In this document: one piece after another, positions 26,307-34,951 of the stretch
Numbering within the stretch: position 1 is the stretch's first letter
Layout of the letters: each line of letters opens with the position of its first letter
Assembly: GCA_036513715.1 (NCBI GenBank)
Contig: DATBYM010000071.1
Location: 12,630 to 76,629, forward strand
Origin: Terriglobales bacterium
GTDB lineage: Bacteria > Acidobacteriota > Terriglobia > Terriglobales > Acidobacteriaceae
Length of the DNA: 64,000 nt
Direction: 5' to 3'
The notes under the pieces: model-generated
Seen by the model: only the letters and a program-made list of their open reading frames with translations
What the model was told of the DNA's origin: nothing
The model's database searches: none
Translations under genes and position numbers: made by a program

Positions 26307-28115
26307 ATGTCTGAGAATAAGACCAAAGGTGACTTGACGAAGACGGTGGTTGAGAGTCCGATCGCGGACCTGTTCGAAGACCGTCATCCTTCCACTTCGG
26401 AAAAAGAGTGGGCCGAAAAGACGCTGGCTCCCACGATCGAGAAGGCGCCTGAAAAACCTATTGGCGCAGCTACCGGCACGAACCTCGATGAACACGGTCA
26501 CGCCCGCTTCAGCACCATCTCGAATGCGCCGATCCGTCGCTTGTACACGCAGGCTGATCTGCCCGCCGATTGGAATTACGATCAATATCTCGGCTATCCA
26601 GGCCAGGCGCCCTACACACGCGGCATTCACTCCACCGGATACCGCGGAAAACTGTGGACGATGCGCATGTTCTCCGGCTTCGCTTCGCCCGAAGAGACTA
26701 ACCAACGATACAAATATCTTCTCGAGCATGGTGGAGGCGGACTTTCGGTTGCCTTCGATCTTCCGACGCTTATGGGCTATGACTCTGATCATCCGGCAAG
26801 CGAAGGCGAGGTGGGCAAGTGCGGTGTGGCCATCGATTCGCTTGAGGATATGGAAATACTCTTCGACGGCATCAGCCTTGAGAACGTCACAACGTCTATG
26901 ACCATCAATTCTCCGGCCAGCGTTCTCTGGGCCATGTATCTGGTGGTCGCCGAGAAACAGGGTGCCGACTGGAAGAGGATTTCGGGCACCATTCAGAATG
27001 ACATTCTTAAGGAATACATCGCGCAGAAGGAGTACATCTACCCGCCCGCACCTTCGATGCGGCTGGTGATTGATACTTTCGAATTCGGATCGAAATTTAC
27101 CCCGCGCTTCAACACCATCTCCATCAGCGGTTACCACATTCGCGAGGCTGGATCGACTGCGCTGCAGGAGCTTGCTTTCACGATTTATGACGGCGTCGAG
27201 TACGTCGAATGGGCGCGCCGCCGCGGGCTCGATGTCGATGATTTCGGGCCGCGCCTCAGCTTCTTCTTCAATGCGCACAATGATTTCTTTGAAGAGATCG
27301 CCAAATACCGCGCCGCGCGCAAGATCTGGTATCGGCTGATGAAGGATCGCTTCGGCGCGAAGAACGACCGCACGCGGCTTATGCGTTTCCACACGCAAAC
27401 CGCTGGCGTCTCGCTGCCGGCGCAGCAACCGATGAACAATATTGCCCGCGTTGCGCTGCAGGCACTGGCGGCAGTGCTCGGTGGGACGCAATCATTGCAC
27501 ACCGACGCCTATGACGAAGCGCTCGCTTTGCCGACCGAAGAGGCTGCGCGCATCGCGCTGCGCACGCAGCAGATCATTGCCTTTGAGTCGGGCGCGGCGC
27601 AAACGGTTGATCCGCTCGGCGGTAGCTACTTTGTCGAGAAGCAAACTCTTGACATGGAAGATGGCGCGTTTGAATACTTCGAGAAGCTCGATCAGATGGG
27701 CGGTATGGTCAAGGCCATCGAACGCGGGTACCCACAGAAAGAAATTGCCGAGGCGAGTTACCAGTACCAGCGTGCGGTCGAGGCCAATGAGAAGATCACA
27801 GTCGGTGTGAATGATTTCGTCATCGAAGAGGGATCGCCGAAGATTCTTTACATCGGTGAGTCGGTGGCGCGCGCCCAGGAGAAAAAACTTAAGGCCCTGC
27901 GCGGCCGCCGCTCGAACGAAGAAGTCGAGCGCCGCCTCGACGCGTTGAAGCACGCCGCCTCAAAGACTCCGACCGCGGGCAGCAATGGCAACATCTCTGA
28001 CGTCAACACCATGCCCTACATTATCGACGCCGTCCGCGCGTATGCCACCGTAGGCGAAATCTGCGAAGCGCTACGCCAGGTGTATGGAACGTATACGGAA
28101 ATAAGCGTCACCTGA
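26307..28115 (+). CDS. Methylmalonyl-CoA mutase family large (catalytic TIM-barrel) subunit, without a B12-binding domain
   Basis: ..[24 protein letters not shown].., ..[13 protein letters not shown].., ..[10 protein letters not shown].. are typical acyl-CoA mutase motifs. At 602 aa the protein ends before any Rossmann B12 domain. Confidence 0.95.
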   Translation: MSENKTKGDLTKTVVESPIADLFEDRHPSTSEKEWAEKTLAPTIEKAPEKPIGAATGTNLDEHGHARFSTISNAPIRRLYTQADLPADWNYDQYLGYPGQAPYTRGIHSTGYRGKLWTMRMFSGFASPEETNQRYKYLLEHGGGGLSVAFDLPTLMGYDSDHPASEGEVGKCGVAIDSLEDMEILFDGISLENVTTSMTINSPASVLWAMYLVVAEKQGADWKRISGTIQNDILKEYIAQKEYIYPPAPSMRLVIDTFEFGSKFTPRFNTISISGYHIREAGSTALQELAFTIYDGVEYVEWARRRGLDVDDFGPRLSFFFNAHNDFFEEIAKYRAARKIWYRLMKDRFGAKNDRTRLMRFHTQTAGVSLPAQQPMNNIARVALQALAAVLGGTQSLHTDAYDEALALPTEEAARIALRTQQIIAFESGAAQTVDPLGGSYFVEKQTLDMEDGAFEYFEKLDQMGGMVKAIERGYPQKEIAEASYQYQRAVEANEKITVGVNDFVIEEGSPKILYIGESVARAQEKKLKALRGRRSNEEVERRLDALKHAASKTPTAGSNGNISDVNTMPYIIDAVRAYATVGEICEALRQVYGTYTEISVT

Positions 28116-28120
28116 TTTTG

Positions 28121-28147
28121 TTTGCGGTCGCAAATTGCGACCGCAAA
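28121..28147 (+). terminator. Perfect 13-bp-arm palindrome 5 nt after the mutase stop (terminator-like)
   Basis: TTTGCGGTCGCAA-A-TTGCGACCGCAAA flanked by T-rich runs on both sides. Confidence 0.5.
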
Positions 28148-28402
28148 GATTTGTTGTTCACCCGCATACACAGCTTCGTGAGGCGGGCCTCCAGTTCACT
28201 TGGTCGATGTCCGCTGGGCAGGTTCGGTCCGCATCCAGCAATCGAACGCGACCGCGGAAATTCCCGGGCAGAATTCATCACATCTTTATTGTTCAGTCAT
28301 CACATCCCGCACTGTCAATCGTCAGTCGATTACCGGACGCGACTGCGCTCGGCAAAACCACTCGCGATAACGCACACCTTGGCAAAACAGCGAAAGGCGA
28401 CC

Positions 28403-28930
28403 GTGGTTCCTATTGAATCCCGAATCACGATTCTGCGGCAGCAAAAAGTCATCCTCGATAAGGCCCTGGCCGAGATCTATGGAATAACGGCAAAGCGCCT
28501 CAACGAGCAGGTAAATCGCAACTGGAGCCGCTTCCCTGCCGACTTGATGTTCCAACTCAAACCGGGCGAGTTCGCCGTTTTGAGATTGCAATTTGCAACG
28601 CCAAAGAAAGGACGCGGCGGCCGACGGTCTCTCCCATATGCATTCACTGAACACGGCGCCATCATGACAGCGACGGTGCTTAACTCCGAAAAGGCAGAAG
28701 CCCTGAGCGTTTTTGTGGTGCGCGCCTTTGTTCGCTTACGAACGATGCTGGCCACAAATAAGGAACTCGCGGGCAAGATCGAAGCGTTAGAGACGAATCT
28801 GGAGAAGCACGACGACTCGATTCAGGAAATCGTTAGATTGATCAAGAGGCTGATGGAACCACCACCCACTCGCAGAAGCAAGATTGAATTCTCGCTCCCA
28901 TCCGCGCGGACCAGGGTTATTGCCGTCTAG
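28403..28930 (+). CDS. ORF6N-domain (KilA-N-related DNA-binding) protein
   Basis: ..IESRITILRQQKVILDKALAEIYGITAKRLNEQVNRNWSRFPADLMFQL..LPYAFTEHGAIMTATVLNS.. I chose GTG 28403 after GAAAGG. The upstream part of tracked ORF 28118.. covers the palindrome and is not protein-like. Confidence 0.8.
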   Translation: MVPIESRITILRQQKVILDKALAEIYGITAKRLNEQVNRNWSRFPADLMFQLKPGEFAVLRLQFATPKKGRGGRRSLPYAFTEHGAIMTATVLNSEKAEALSVFVVRAFVRLRTMLATNKELAGKIEALETNLEKHDDSIQEIVRLIKRLMEPPPTRRSKIEFSLPSARTRVIAV

Positions 28931-29042
28931 TTGCCGAATTCAAATCCGCCAAAGAGATAATTGCGTGGTCACGTGACTGCAGCGCCAGAATTTTCCGCTG
29001 CGAATCCGTCTTTTCCCCAGACCTTCAATCTGTAACCCTTCC

Positions 29043-29606
29043 CTACTTCATGCGGTTGCGATACAAGTTGCCATCCACTTGCCCGACCATGGCACCGATG
29101 TCGAGCGGCACCTGTAAAAACACGGCTACCTCCTCGGCGACCGCCTTGGGTTCTCGAAGCACGCGATGATAATGCACACGCGTGACTTTGATGTTGGCGT
29201 GTCTGGCGAGCCACTGATTGACCTCGATCAGGTGGCGGTGAAAAAACTCTTCCACAGTCGAGTTGTCGCCGACCAAGTCCGCATTGCCGCGGCGGCGCAG
29301 CATTTCGTCCTGCGATTTCAGCACCTCGGGCAGCGGACGCTGCATGAAAACGATGCGGTACTCGTGACCGGAGGGTAGGGAGAGAATCAGTTGCGATATG
29401 ACTTTGACCACCTTACCTTCGGCCTCCGCAATCAGGCTAGGATTTTTGGGAAGCTGCTTGATGCGCTCCCACTCGAGGTAGCCTTTAGGGTTGTCGGGAT
29501 CAGGCTTGCGTTCGCCGTCGGCGAGAACCGGGAGCCCGCCCGCATCCAGCATCTGCATCATCAACGATGTGCCCGACCGCGGCAATCCGGAAACGATAGT
29601 GATCAT
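29043..29606 (-). CDS. Sulfotransferase family protein
   Basis: N-terminal PAPS-binding loop ..IVSGLPRSGTSLMMQML.. 187 aa. Confidence 0.8.
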   Translation of the reverse strand: MITIVSGLPRSGTSLMMQMLDAGGLPVLADGERKPDPDNPKGYLEWERIKQLPKNPSLIAEAEGKVVKVISQLILSLPSGHEYRIVFMQRPLPEVLKSQDEMLRRRGNADLVGDNSTVEEFFHRHLIEVNQWLARHANIKVTRVHYHRVLREPKAVAEEVAVFLQVPLDIGAMVGQVDGNLYRNRMK

Positions 29607-29726
29607 CAGTACCTTTCAAAGTAGAAATGCAAGATAGAAATGAAAGAGGCGCATTCACTGCTCCCCGACGTACAGAATCCAGAACCTGCATGATAGAGGA
29701 ATGTCGCTGCGGCGCAAAGATCGCTG

Positions 29727-29767
29727 GAGGCTTGAATTGTCAGAGGCTTGAATTGTCTTGAATTGTC
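29727..29767. repeat. Short tandem repeat (three copies of CTTGAATTGTC) upstream of the zinc-ribbon/DUF4870 gene
   Basis: gaggCTTGAATTGTCagaggCTTGAATTGTCTTGAATTGTC, about 55 nt upstream of GTG 29822. Confidence 0.6.
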
Positions 29768-29821
29768 ATTGCGTCCCAACCGGCATTCTGCTACCTTGCC
29801 TGTCAACTCAAAGGAGGCCTC

Positions 29822-30259
29822 GTGGCCTTTTGTCCAAGCTGTGGAGCTCAGATCGCGGATGGTGCAACCTGCACGAAGTGTGCGCCCGGCACGGTGCCCA
29901 GCACCATCGCAGTGCCGGCGGGCGCAGGCCTGGCGGATAATGTGGCTGGCGCGCTGGCCTACGTCACCATCATCCCGGCGATTGTGTTTCTGGTCATGGA
30001 ACCATTCAACAGGAAGCGTTTTATCCGCTTCCACGCATTTCAGTGCCTCTTCTTCGCCGTTGCCTGGACCGTTCTTTGGATCGGCCTCTCTCTCATTGCC
30101 CACATCCCATTCCTCGGATGGGCGACGCTCATCATCTGGCCGCTGGTGAGCCTCGTCGGCTTTGTGATCTGGCTGGTCCTGGTGCTGAAGGCCTACCAGG
30201 GACAGATGTTCAAGCTGCCGGTGATCGGCGACATGGCCGAACAGCAGGCGGGCGCGTAA
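29822..30259 (+). CDS. Zinc-ribbon plus DUF4870-family membrane protein
   Basis: N-terminal CPSCG..(10 aa)..CTKC, then ..AGALAYVTIIPAIVFLVMEPFNRKRFIRFHAFQ.. typical of DUF4870. An SD (AAAGGAGG) precedes the GTG. Confidence 0.8.
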   Translation: MAFCPSCGAQIADGATCTKCAPGTVPSTIAVPAGAGLADNVAGALAYVTIIPAIVFLVMEPFNRKRFIRFHAFQCLFFAVAWTVLWIGLSLIAHIPFLGWATLIIWPLVSLVGFVIWLVLVLKAYQGQMFKLPVIGDMAEQQAGA

Positions 30260-30398
30260 AAACCTGGCGACGGGTGACAGGTCTCAGGTCTTGGCCTTAA
30301 TTCCCAGGAAAATCGCGTCGTAGCTTTTCCTGTCACCGTCACCTGTCACCTTTTTTCCTCTTCTTGTGCGTCGCCCAAGTAAGTAAAATAGAAGGTGC

Positions 30399-31055
30399 GT
30401 GTTTAACGGCCTTCAGCCTCCGAGCGTTTTTCCGGTGTCGGCGGCGATTCGACGCCATCGCGCCGTCGGAGTGTCGGTTGCCGCCCACCTGGTGCTACTC
30501 GCCGTCATCGTGTTTTACCATCGCGCATCGGTCACGCTTACTCCCATGTGGCTTGCTCATGGAGACGGCAACGTCACCTTGATTTATTTTCCGCCCGGCG
30601 CAAACAAAGACGCGCATCCTGATGCCGCCAAGCTGCTATTCCCGCGGGCGAGCAAGACGCATCCGCACACCCATCCCTTGCCGCCAAAGCCACAGCCAGT
30701 AGTCGTTGCCGATGATGCCGGTGCCGACCATGACGCTCATGCCGGATCGCCGCTAGGCACCGTGGTTGACGGCCCCGTCACCGGCCACGAAGTTCATGTC
30801 GCGTATTCGGTCATCCATCCTGATCCGCCGGTCTCCCGCTCTGAACTGCCGAGGGATTTAGTCGGCGATGTCGTGATCGTAGTGACCATCGATTCCCAGG
30901 GCAATGTCGTAGAAACGAAAATCGTGCAGACGGTCGGCCACGGAATCGACGAGAAGATCGAAGCCACTGTGCGCCGCTGGCACTTCCAACCAGCCACGCT
31001 TGATGGCAATCCGGTAGCATCGCACGTCGACGTGCACTTCCATTTCCCCTCCTGA
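30399..31055 (+). CDS. TonB-family protein (energy transducer, C-terminal domain)
   Basis: N-terminal anchor, Pro-rich spacer (HPLPPKPQPV), and C-terminal ..GDVVIVVTIDSQGNVVETKIVQTVGHGIDEKIEATVRRWHFQPA.. Confidence 0.8.
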   Translation: MFNGLQPPSVFPVSAAIRRHRAVGVSVAAHLVLLAVIVFYHRASVTLTPMWLAHGDGNVTLIYFPPGANKDAHPDAAKLLFPRASKTHPHTHPLPPKPQPVVVADDAGADHDAHAGSPLGTVVDGPVTGHEVHVAYSVIHPDPPVSRSELPRDLVGDVVIVVTIDSQGNVVETKIVQTVGHGIDEKIEATVRRWHFQPATLDGNPVASHVDVHFHFPS

Positions 31056-31212
31056 GGATCGCGTCGGCTGCGGATTGATTCGCCTTTTCACGACGGAGTC
31101 ATGGAGACGCGCAGAAGCCCAACCGCGCGGCTAGTTCTTTTGGTCTTTGACGTCGAGAGTTCTTCTCCGCGACTCTGTGCCTCCAGGATAAGCAAATCCG
31201 AATATTCGCCAT

Positions 31213-31902
31213 TTGTTCCCCTTCTGTGCTAAACTTTGTCCCCGTCAGTTCCGAGGCACCGCACCCATGCGAAGGACACGAATGCACCAGGCGAACCACC
31301 AATCCGCCACACGGCACCTGAAGAAATCTGATCCTATCCTGGCGGGGATTATCGAGCGGGTCGGGCCGTGCCGCATGCAGTTTGGCGATCCGACGTTTCA
31401 TGCTCTGGCGGAATCGATCCTCTATCAGCAGTTGAATGGCAAGGCCGCCGCGACCATCTTCGATCGCTTCACCGCCCTCGCCGGAGATCCTCTCACTCCC
31501 GAAGGCATTCTCAAACTCACCGACGCGCAAATGCGCGGCGTCGGACTATCCCGCCAGAAGACCGCCTATCTGCGCGATCTCGCCGAGAAGACCGCCGCCG
31601 GACTGCTCGAGTTCGAGCGCATGACCGACATGCCCGAAGAAGAAGTCATCGCCCATCTCACCCAGGTCAAAGGCGTCGGCGTCTGGACCGCCCACATGTT
31701 CCTGATGTTCACCCTGCGGCGTCCGGATATTTTGCCGGTGGGCGATTACGGAGTGCAGGCCGCAATCAAGAAGCACTACAAAAAACGCAAGTGGCCAAAG
31801 CCCGACGTGATGACCAATATCGCAAAACCGTGGGCTCCTTATCGCTCAATCGCCTGCTGGTATCTGTGGCGGAGTCTGGATATTAAGACAGTGGGGAAAT
31901 AA
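31213..31902 (+). CDS. HhH-GPD family DNA glycosylase (DNA-3-methyladenine glycosylase II-like)
   Basis: ..ESILYQQLNGKAAATIFDRF.., ..VKGVGVWTAHMFLMFTLRRPDILPVGDYGV.. The start is probably ATG 31267 or 31282. Confidence 0.85.
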   Translation: MFPFCAKLCPRQFRGTAPMRRTRMHQANHQSATRHLKKSDPILAGIIERVGPCRMQFGDPTFHALAESILYQQLNGKAAATIFDRFTALAGDPLTPEGILKLTDAQMRGVGLSRQKTAYLRDLAEKTAAGLLEFERMTDMPEEEVIAHLTQVKGVGVWTAHMFLMFTLRRPDILPVGDYGVQAAIKKHYKKRKWPKPDVMTNIAKPWAPYRSIACWYLWRSLDIKTVGK

Positions 31903-31934
31903 TCGCAGGCGGGCTTAGCCCTGGACTTTGGGTG

Positions 31935-31956
31935 GCGCAGCGGTTTACCGCTGCGC
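31935..31956. repeat. REP-like hairpin GCGCAGCGG-TTTA-CCGCTGCGC
   Basis: Perfect 9-bp stem, read directly. Confidence 0.5.
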
Positions 31957-31984
31957 TCAGGCGCGATCAAGCGCGAACGGGAAG

Positions 31985-32004
31985 GGCACGACTTCAGTCG
32001 TGCC
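31985..32004. repeat. REP-like hairpin GGCACGAC-TTCA-GTCGTGCC
   Basis: Perfect 8-bp stem, 29 nt after the previous hairpin. Confidence 0.5.
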
Positions 32005-32506
32005 GCTAACAAGCCGATATCCTAGGGAACTGGCCCACCTTTGCACCACCACGAACGGAGGCTGCCCACTCCGGGTGCGCGACTTCTCAAGCCCGTTGAG
32101 AAGCAGCCGACGGCGTTTGGCGAATAGCATTTGGCTTCGATGCTGCACGTCGGGGAGACAAATCAGGTGGCAGCGAGAAACGTTTTTGTCGCCAACTTAT
32201 TGAACAGGCAGACGCGAGGTTTGATAAACACCTTGCTTTTCTAAAGACGGAAGCATCCTTGCAGAAAGGGGCCAAGCAGCAATGAAGACTTTGGAGCAAA
32301 AACTCAAGGCGACCGGTCGAACGAGGCGGAGGAAACGGGAATTTAGCCAGAAAATCGAGCTTAAGTCCATATTCCTGAGAGTTTACAATTAAGTCATTTA
32401 CAATCATATGTTTGCATGGGAAATCTGGGGCGGCGGGGGCGGAGAATACTATCAATATGCTAGCAGTAAACAGCCAGCGAGAATCACGTCGCCCCGCAAG
32501 CAAAAA

Positions 32507-32535
32507 TAAAAAACCCTCTCGACCATCCGAGAGGG
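32507..32535 (-). terminator. Rho-independent terminator (copy A of the csp terminator)
   Basis: Minus strand reads CCCTCTCG-GATGGT-CGAGAGGG followed by TTTTTTT. It is near-identical to the terminator at 34154..34183. Confidence 0.6.
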
Positions 32536-32559
32536 TTTGCGACTGGTTGGAGAAGATTT

Positions 32560-32690
32560 TTATGCGACTCGCACCACGTTGCCCGCCTGGAAGCCTTTCG
32601 GGCTTTGAACTGGGTTTGCTCTCCTATGCGCTGATGAAGCGGACGTTTCCGCCACGCCCAGCTGAAACTGTCACTTCGGTGGAACCGCGA
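32560..32690 (-). pseudogene. Decayed cold-shock protein (csp) paralogue, with 3' end and terminator conserved
   Basis: The last ~50 nt read ..[16 protein letters not shown], against ..[16 protein letters not shown] in the intact csp. Upstream there are frameshifts, deletions and a stop (GGNVRFISA*). The stop and last ~7 codons of the permease lie inside it. Confidence 0.5.
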
Positions 32691-34098
32691 TGGCGTCGTT
32701 TGCGGGAACTGGCACGCCTTTTATCAGGAAGAAATAAATCGGGTAGCTGAGCGCGATCAGGATCAGGGTGAAGAGAGCGTCCTTGCGGTCGCTGACAATC
32801 GTGGCGACGAGGAACGCGCCGGAGGCGAGGAGGACGCCGAGATTTGTCCAGGGATAGCCCCAGAGTTTGAAGGGTCTGGGAAGGTTCGGCTCGCGGATTC
32901 TCAGCGCAAACAAGGCGCAAAAGCCTGAGAGATAGACGGCCACGAACAGGAACGAAGAGATGGCGACGAGCTTTTCGAAACTGCCGCTGAGGACCAGAGC
33001 GATGGCCGCGAGCACGCCGAGCAACAGGGCTGTGCTCGGAGTTCCGCCACGGTTAACGGATGCTACGGCGCACGGTAGCAAGCCGTCGCGGCTCATGGCG
33101 AAGAGGATGCGCGGCATCATCAGGAGCACGGCGTTGATGGTGCTCACCGCCGCAACCAGAGAGACGATCAGAATGACCTGTTCGCCGTGCGCTCCGAACA
33201 CGGCTAAGGCGGCATCGGCAGCCGGCATTTGAGAAGCGGCGAGTTTGGCCATGGGCAGAACGTGAAGGAGCGCAGCGTTGACCAGTAAGTAGATCGCGAT
33301 GCAGGCGACGATTCCGCCGATCGACGAGCGGGGCAGATTCCTGACCGGATCTTCGTCCTCCTCGACGAAGTAGATGGCGCCATACCATCCGTCGTAGGTG
33401 ATGAGGATCGGCTGCAAGGCCAGGATGATGGCGAGGAGAAGGCCTCCTCTGGGCACGAGGAAAGTTGCCGGAGCGGAAGGAGCGGCGAGTGCTCCGCTTG
33501 GAGAAATCGCGAAACAGGCCACGACAAATCCGAGCAGCGCCAGCGCCTTGACCAGGCTGGTAAGTTCCTGGGTGCGGCTGCCGGCACGAAGGCCGAGCCA
33601 ATTCAAAAGGGTTAGAAAAACCAAACAGGAAACCGCGACGAGTTTGACGTTGCCGCGGAGCGCGGGTTGAAGTTCGGCGGCGAATTCGGCGAAGGCGATG
33701 GCGATATAGGCCAGAGAGGCGGCCTGCACGGTCCAGTCACAGCAGCCGACGAGGAATCCGGCATACTCGCCAAACGCGCGGCGAGAATACACGTACCATC
33801 CACCGGCGCGCGGAAGCATGGTGCCGAGCTCGGTGACGGAGAGGGTGCAGAAGAAGGCGTAAGCGCTGCCAAGAACCCAGACCGCGATCACGAGCGAGGC
33901 GCTTTGCAGGTGAGCGGCAATTTCACCCGGGGTGCGAAGGATGCCAGAGCCGACTGTATTGCCGACGATGACAGCGATTCCAAAGCCGACGCCTAAGATG
34001 CGCAGGAGATGACCTATTGGGCGAGCGGGAAGGCGGGAAGATTTGGATTTGTGCGACAGGAATTTCGCGCCAGAGGTAAGAGCCATCCGTGCGCGCAA
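32671..34098 (-). CDS. APC-superfamily amino acid permease
   Basis: About 12 TM helices, with ..IAVIVGNTVGSGILRTPGEIA.. motif typical of APC transporters. The start may be ATG 34086. Confidence 0.9.
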   Translation of the reverse strand: MRARMALTSGAKFLSHKSKSSRLPARPIGHLLRILGVGFGIAVIVGNTVGSGILRTPGEIAAHLQSASLVIAVWVLGSAYAFFCTLSVTELGTMLPRAGGWYVYSRRAFGEYAGFLVGCCDWTVQAASLAYIAIAFAEFAAELQPALRGNVKLVAVSCLVFLTLLNWLGLRAGSRTQELTSLVKALALLGFVVACFAISPSGALAAPSAPATFLVPRGGLLLAIILALQPILITYDGWYGAIYFVEEDEDPVRNLPRSSIGGIVACIAIYLLVNAALLHVLPMAKLAASQMPAADAALAVFGAHGEQVILIVSLVAAVSTINAVLLMMPRILFAMSRDGLLPCAVASVNRGGTPSTALLLGVLAAIALVLSGSFEKLVAISSFLFVAVYLSGFCALFALRIREPNLPRPFKLWGYPWTNLGVLLASGAFLVATIVSDRKDALFTLILIALSYPIYFFLIKGVPVPANDAIAVPPK

Positions 34099-34153
34099 TT
34101 ATAGACCAGGAAGCGCCTATGTTTTGCGGAGATGACCTGACTTCGGCGCCGAC

Positions 34154-34183
34154 AAAAAAACCCTCTCGACACATCTGAGAGGG
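34154..34183 (-). terminator. Rho-independent terminator of csp (copy B)
   Basis: Minus strand reads CCCTCTC-loop-GAGAGGG followed by TTTTTTT, 26 nt after the csp stop. Confidence 0.7.
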
Positions 34184-34208
34184 TTTTGCGAACTGGTTGG
34201 AGAAATTT

Positions 34209-34415
34209 TTATGCCGCTCGCACGACGTTGCCCGCCTGGAAGCCTTTGGGGCCTTTGAGCAGATCGAACTCGACGGTCTCGCCTTCATTCAACGAGCGGT
34301 AGCCGTTCTCCTGGATGGCCGAGAAATGCACGAATACATCCTCGCCGGTGGAGCGCTGGATAAATCCGTATCCCTTCGCCCCGTTGAACCACTTCACAGT
34401 ACCCTTCTCTCTCAC
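34209..34415 (-). CDS. cspA: Cold-shock protein (CspA family)
   Basis: [34 protein letters not shown].. with RNP1/RNP2 motifs. 68 aa. Confidence 0.95.
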   Translation of the reverse strand: MREKGTVKWFNGAKGYGFIQRSTGEDVFVHFSAIQENGYRSLNEGETVEFDLLKGPKGFQAGNVVRAA

Positions 34416-34951
34416 AAAGAAACTCCTTTCGCCTCATCGCTAAGAATTATTCTTGCGGCGCGTGTGTTTGCGCTGCTGCGTTCTCCTGATCTGCTTGCTC
34501 TTGCACGGCAAGCGGACGCGGAAGAGCGCTGCAGCACACCCCCTCAATGCGACGTCAAGAATGTGATCGCGTTGCCGCGCGACGGACGAAACCGCGCCAA
34601 CGGAAACGGCTCCCTTTGCATTTCGTCGAGCGGTTGGGCGCGACGAAACACTTGAGGAGCCGCGAAAACGAAGGCGCGATAAACGACTGCTGACACGGAA
34701 ACGTCGATCCTGCTGCACATCTACTGAAGTTCCTGCTGCATTTTGTCGAGTATCACCAACCGGTCGAGGCTGGCGAAGCACCAGATAATAGCAGGAAGAT
34801 TGCAGTTGGCAAGAGCTAAGTTGATGGGCGGAAAGATAGCGATATGACCGGGATTCATGCCGAGATCGGGAGATGCCGATGATGGAGTCGAGGGGAAGTC
34901 GAAGCAAAATCCGATGAGAAGCCGTAAGTATTTGATAAGATTTGAGAAGCA

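Noticed and set aside
26124-27491. 455-aa minus-strand ORF
   Set aside because: It is antisense to the methylmalonyl-CoA mutase family gene. Its translation is Arg-rich with no recognisable motif.
28118-28402. N-terminal 95 codons of the tracked 270-aa ORF preceding the ORF6N domain
   Set aside because: This stretch begins inside the terminator palindrome and has non-protein-like composition. ORF6N proteins are typically ~170-190 aa (from memory), and GTG 28403 with an upstream GAAAGG fits that length.
29727-29767. CRISPR array (also checked the 35828..35857 ATTTGATTTGC direct repeat and all other tandem repeats)
   Set aside because: The repeats are 11-12 nt, contiguous or nearly so, with no spacers of 25-40 nt and no cas genes. 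They are not CRISPR.
32087-32503. 138-aa minus-strand ORF and other small ORFs in the 31.9-32.5 kb gap
   Set aside because: They have no SD, low-complexity translations and REP hairpins inside. The region is more likely non-coding and related to the csp relic.
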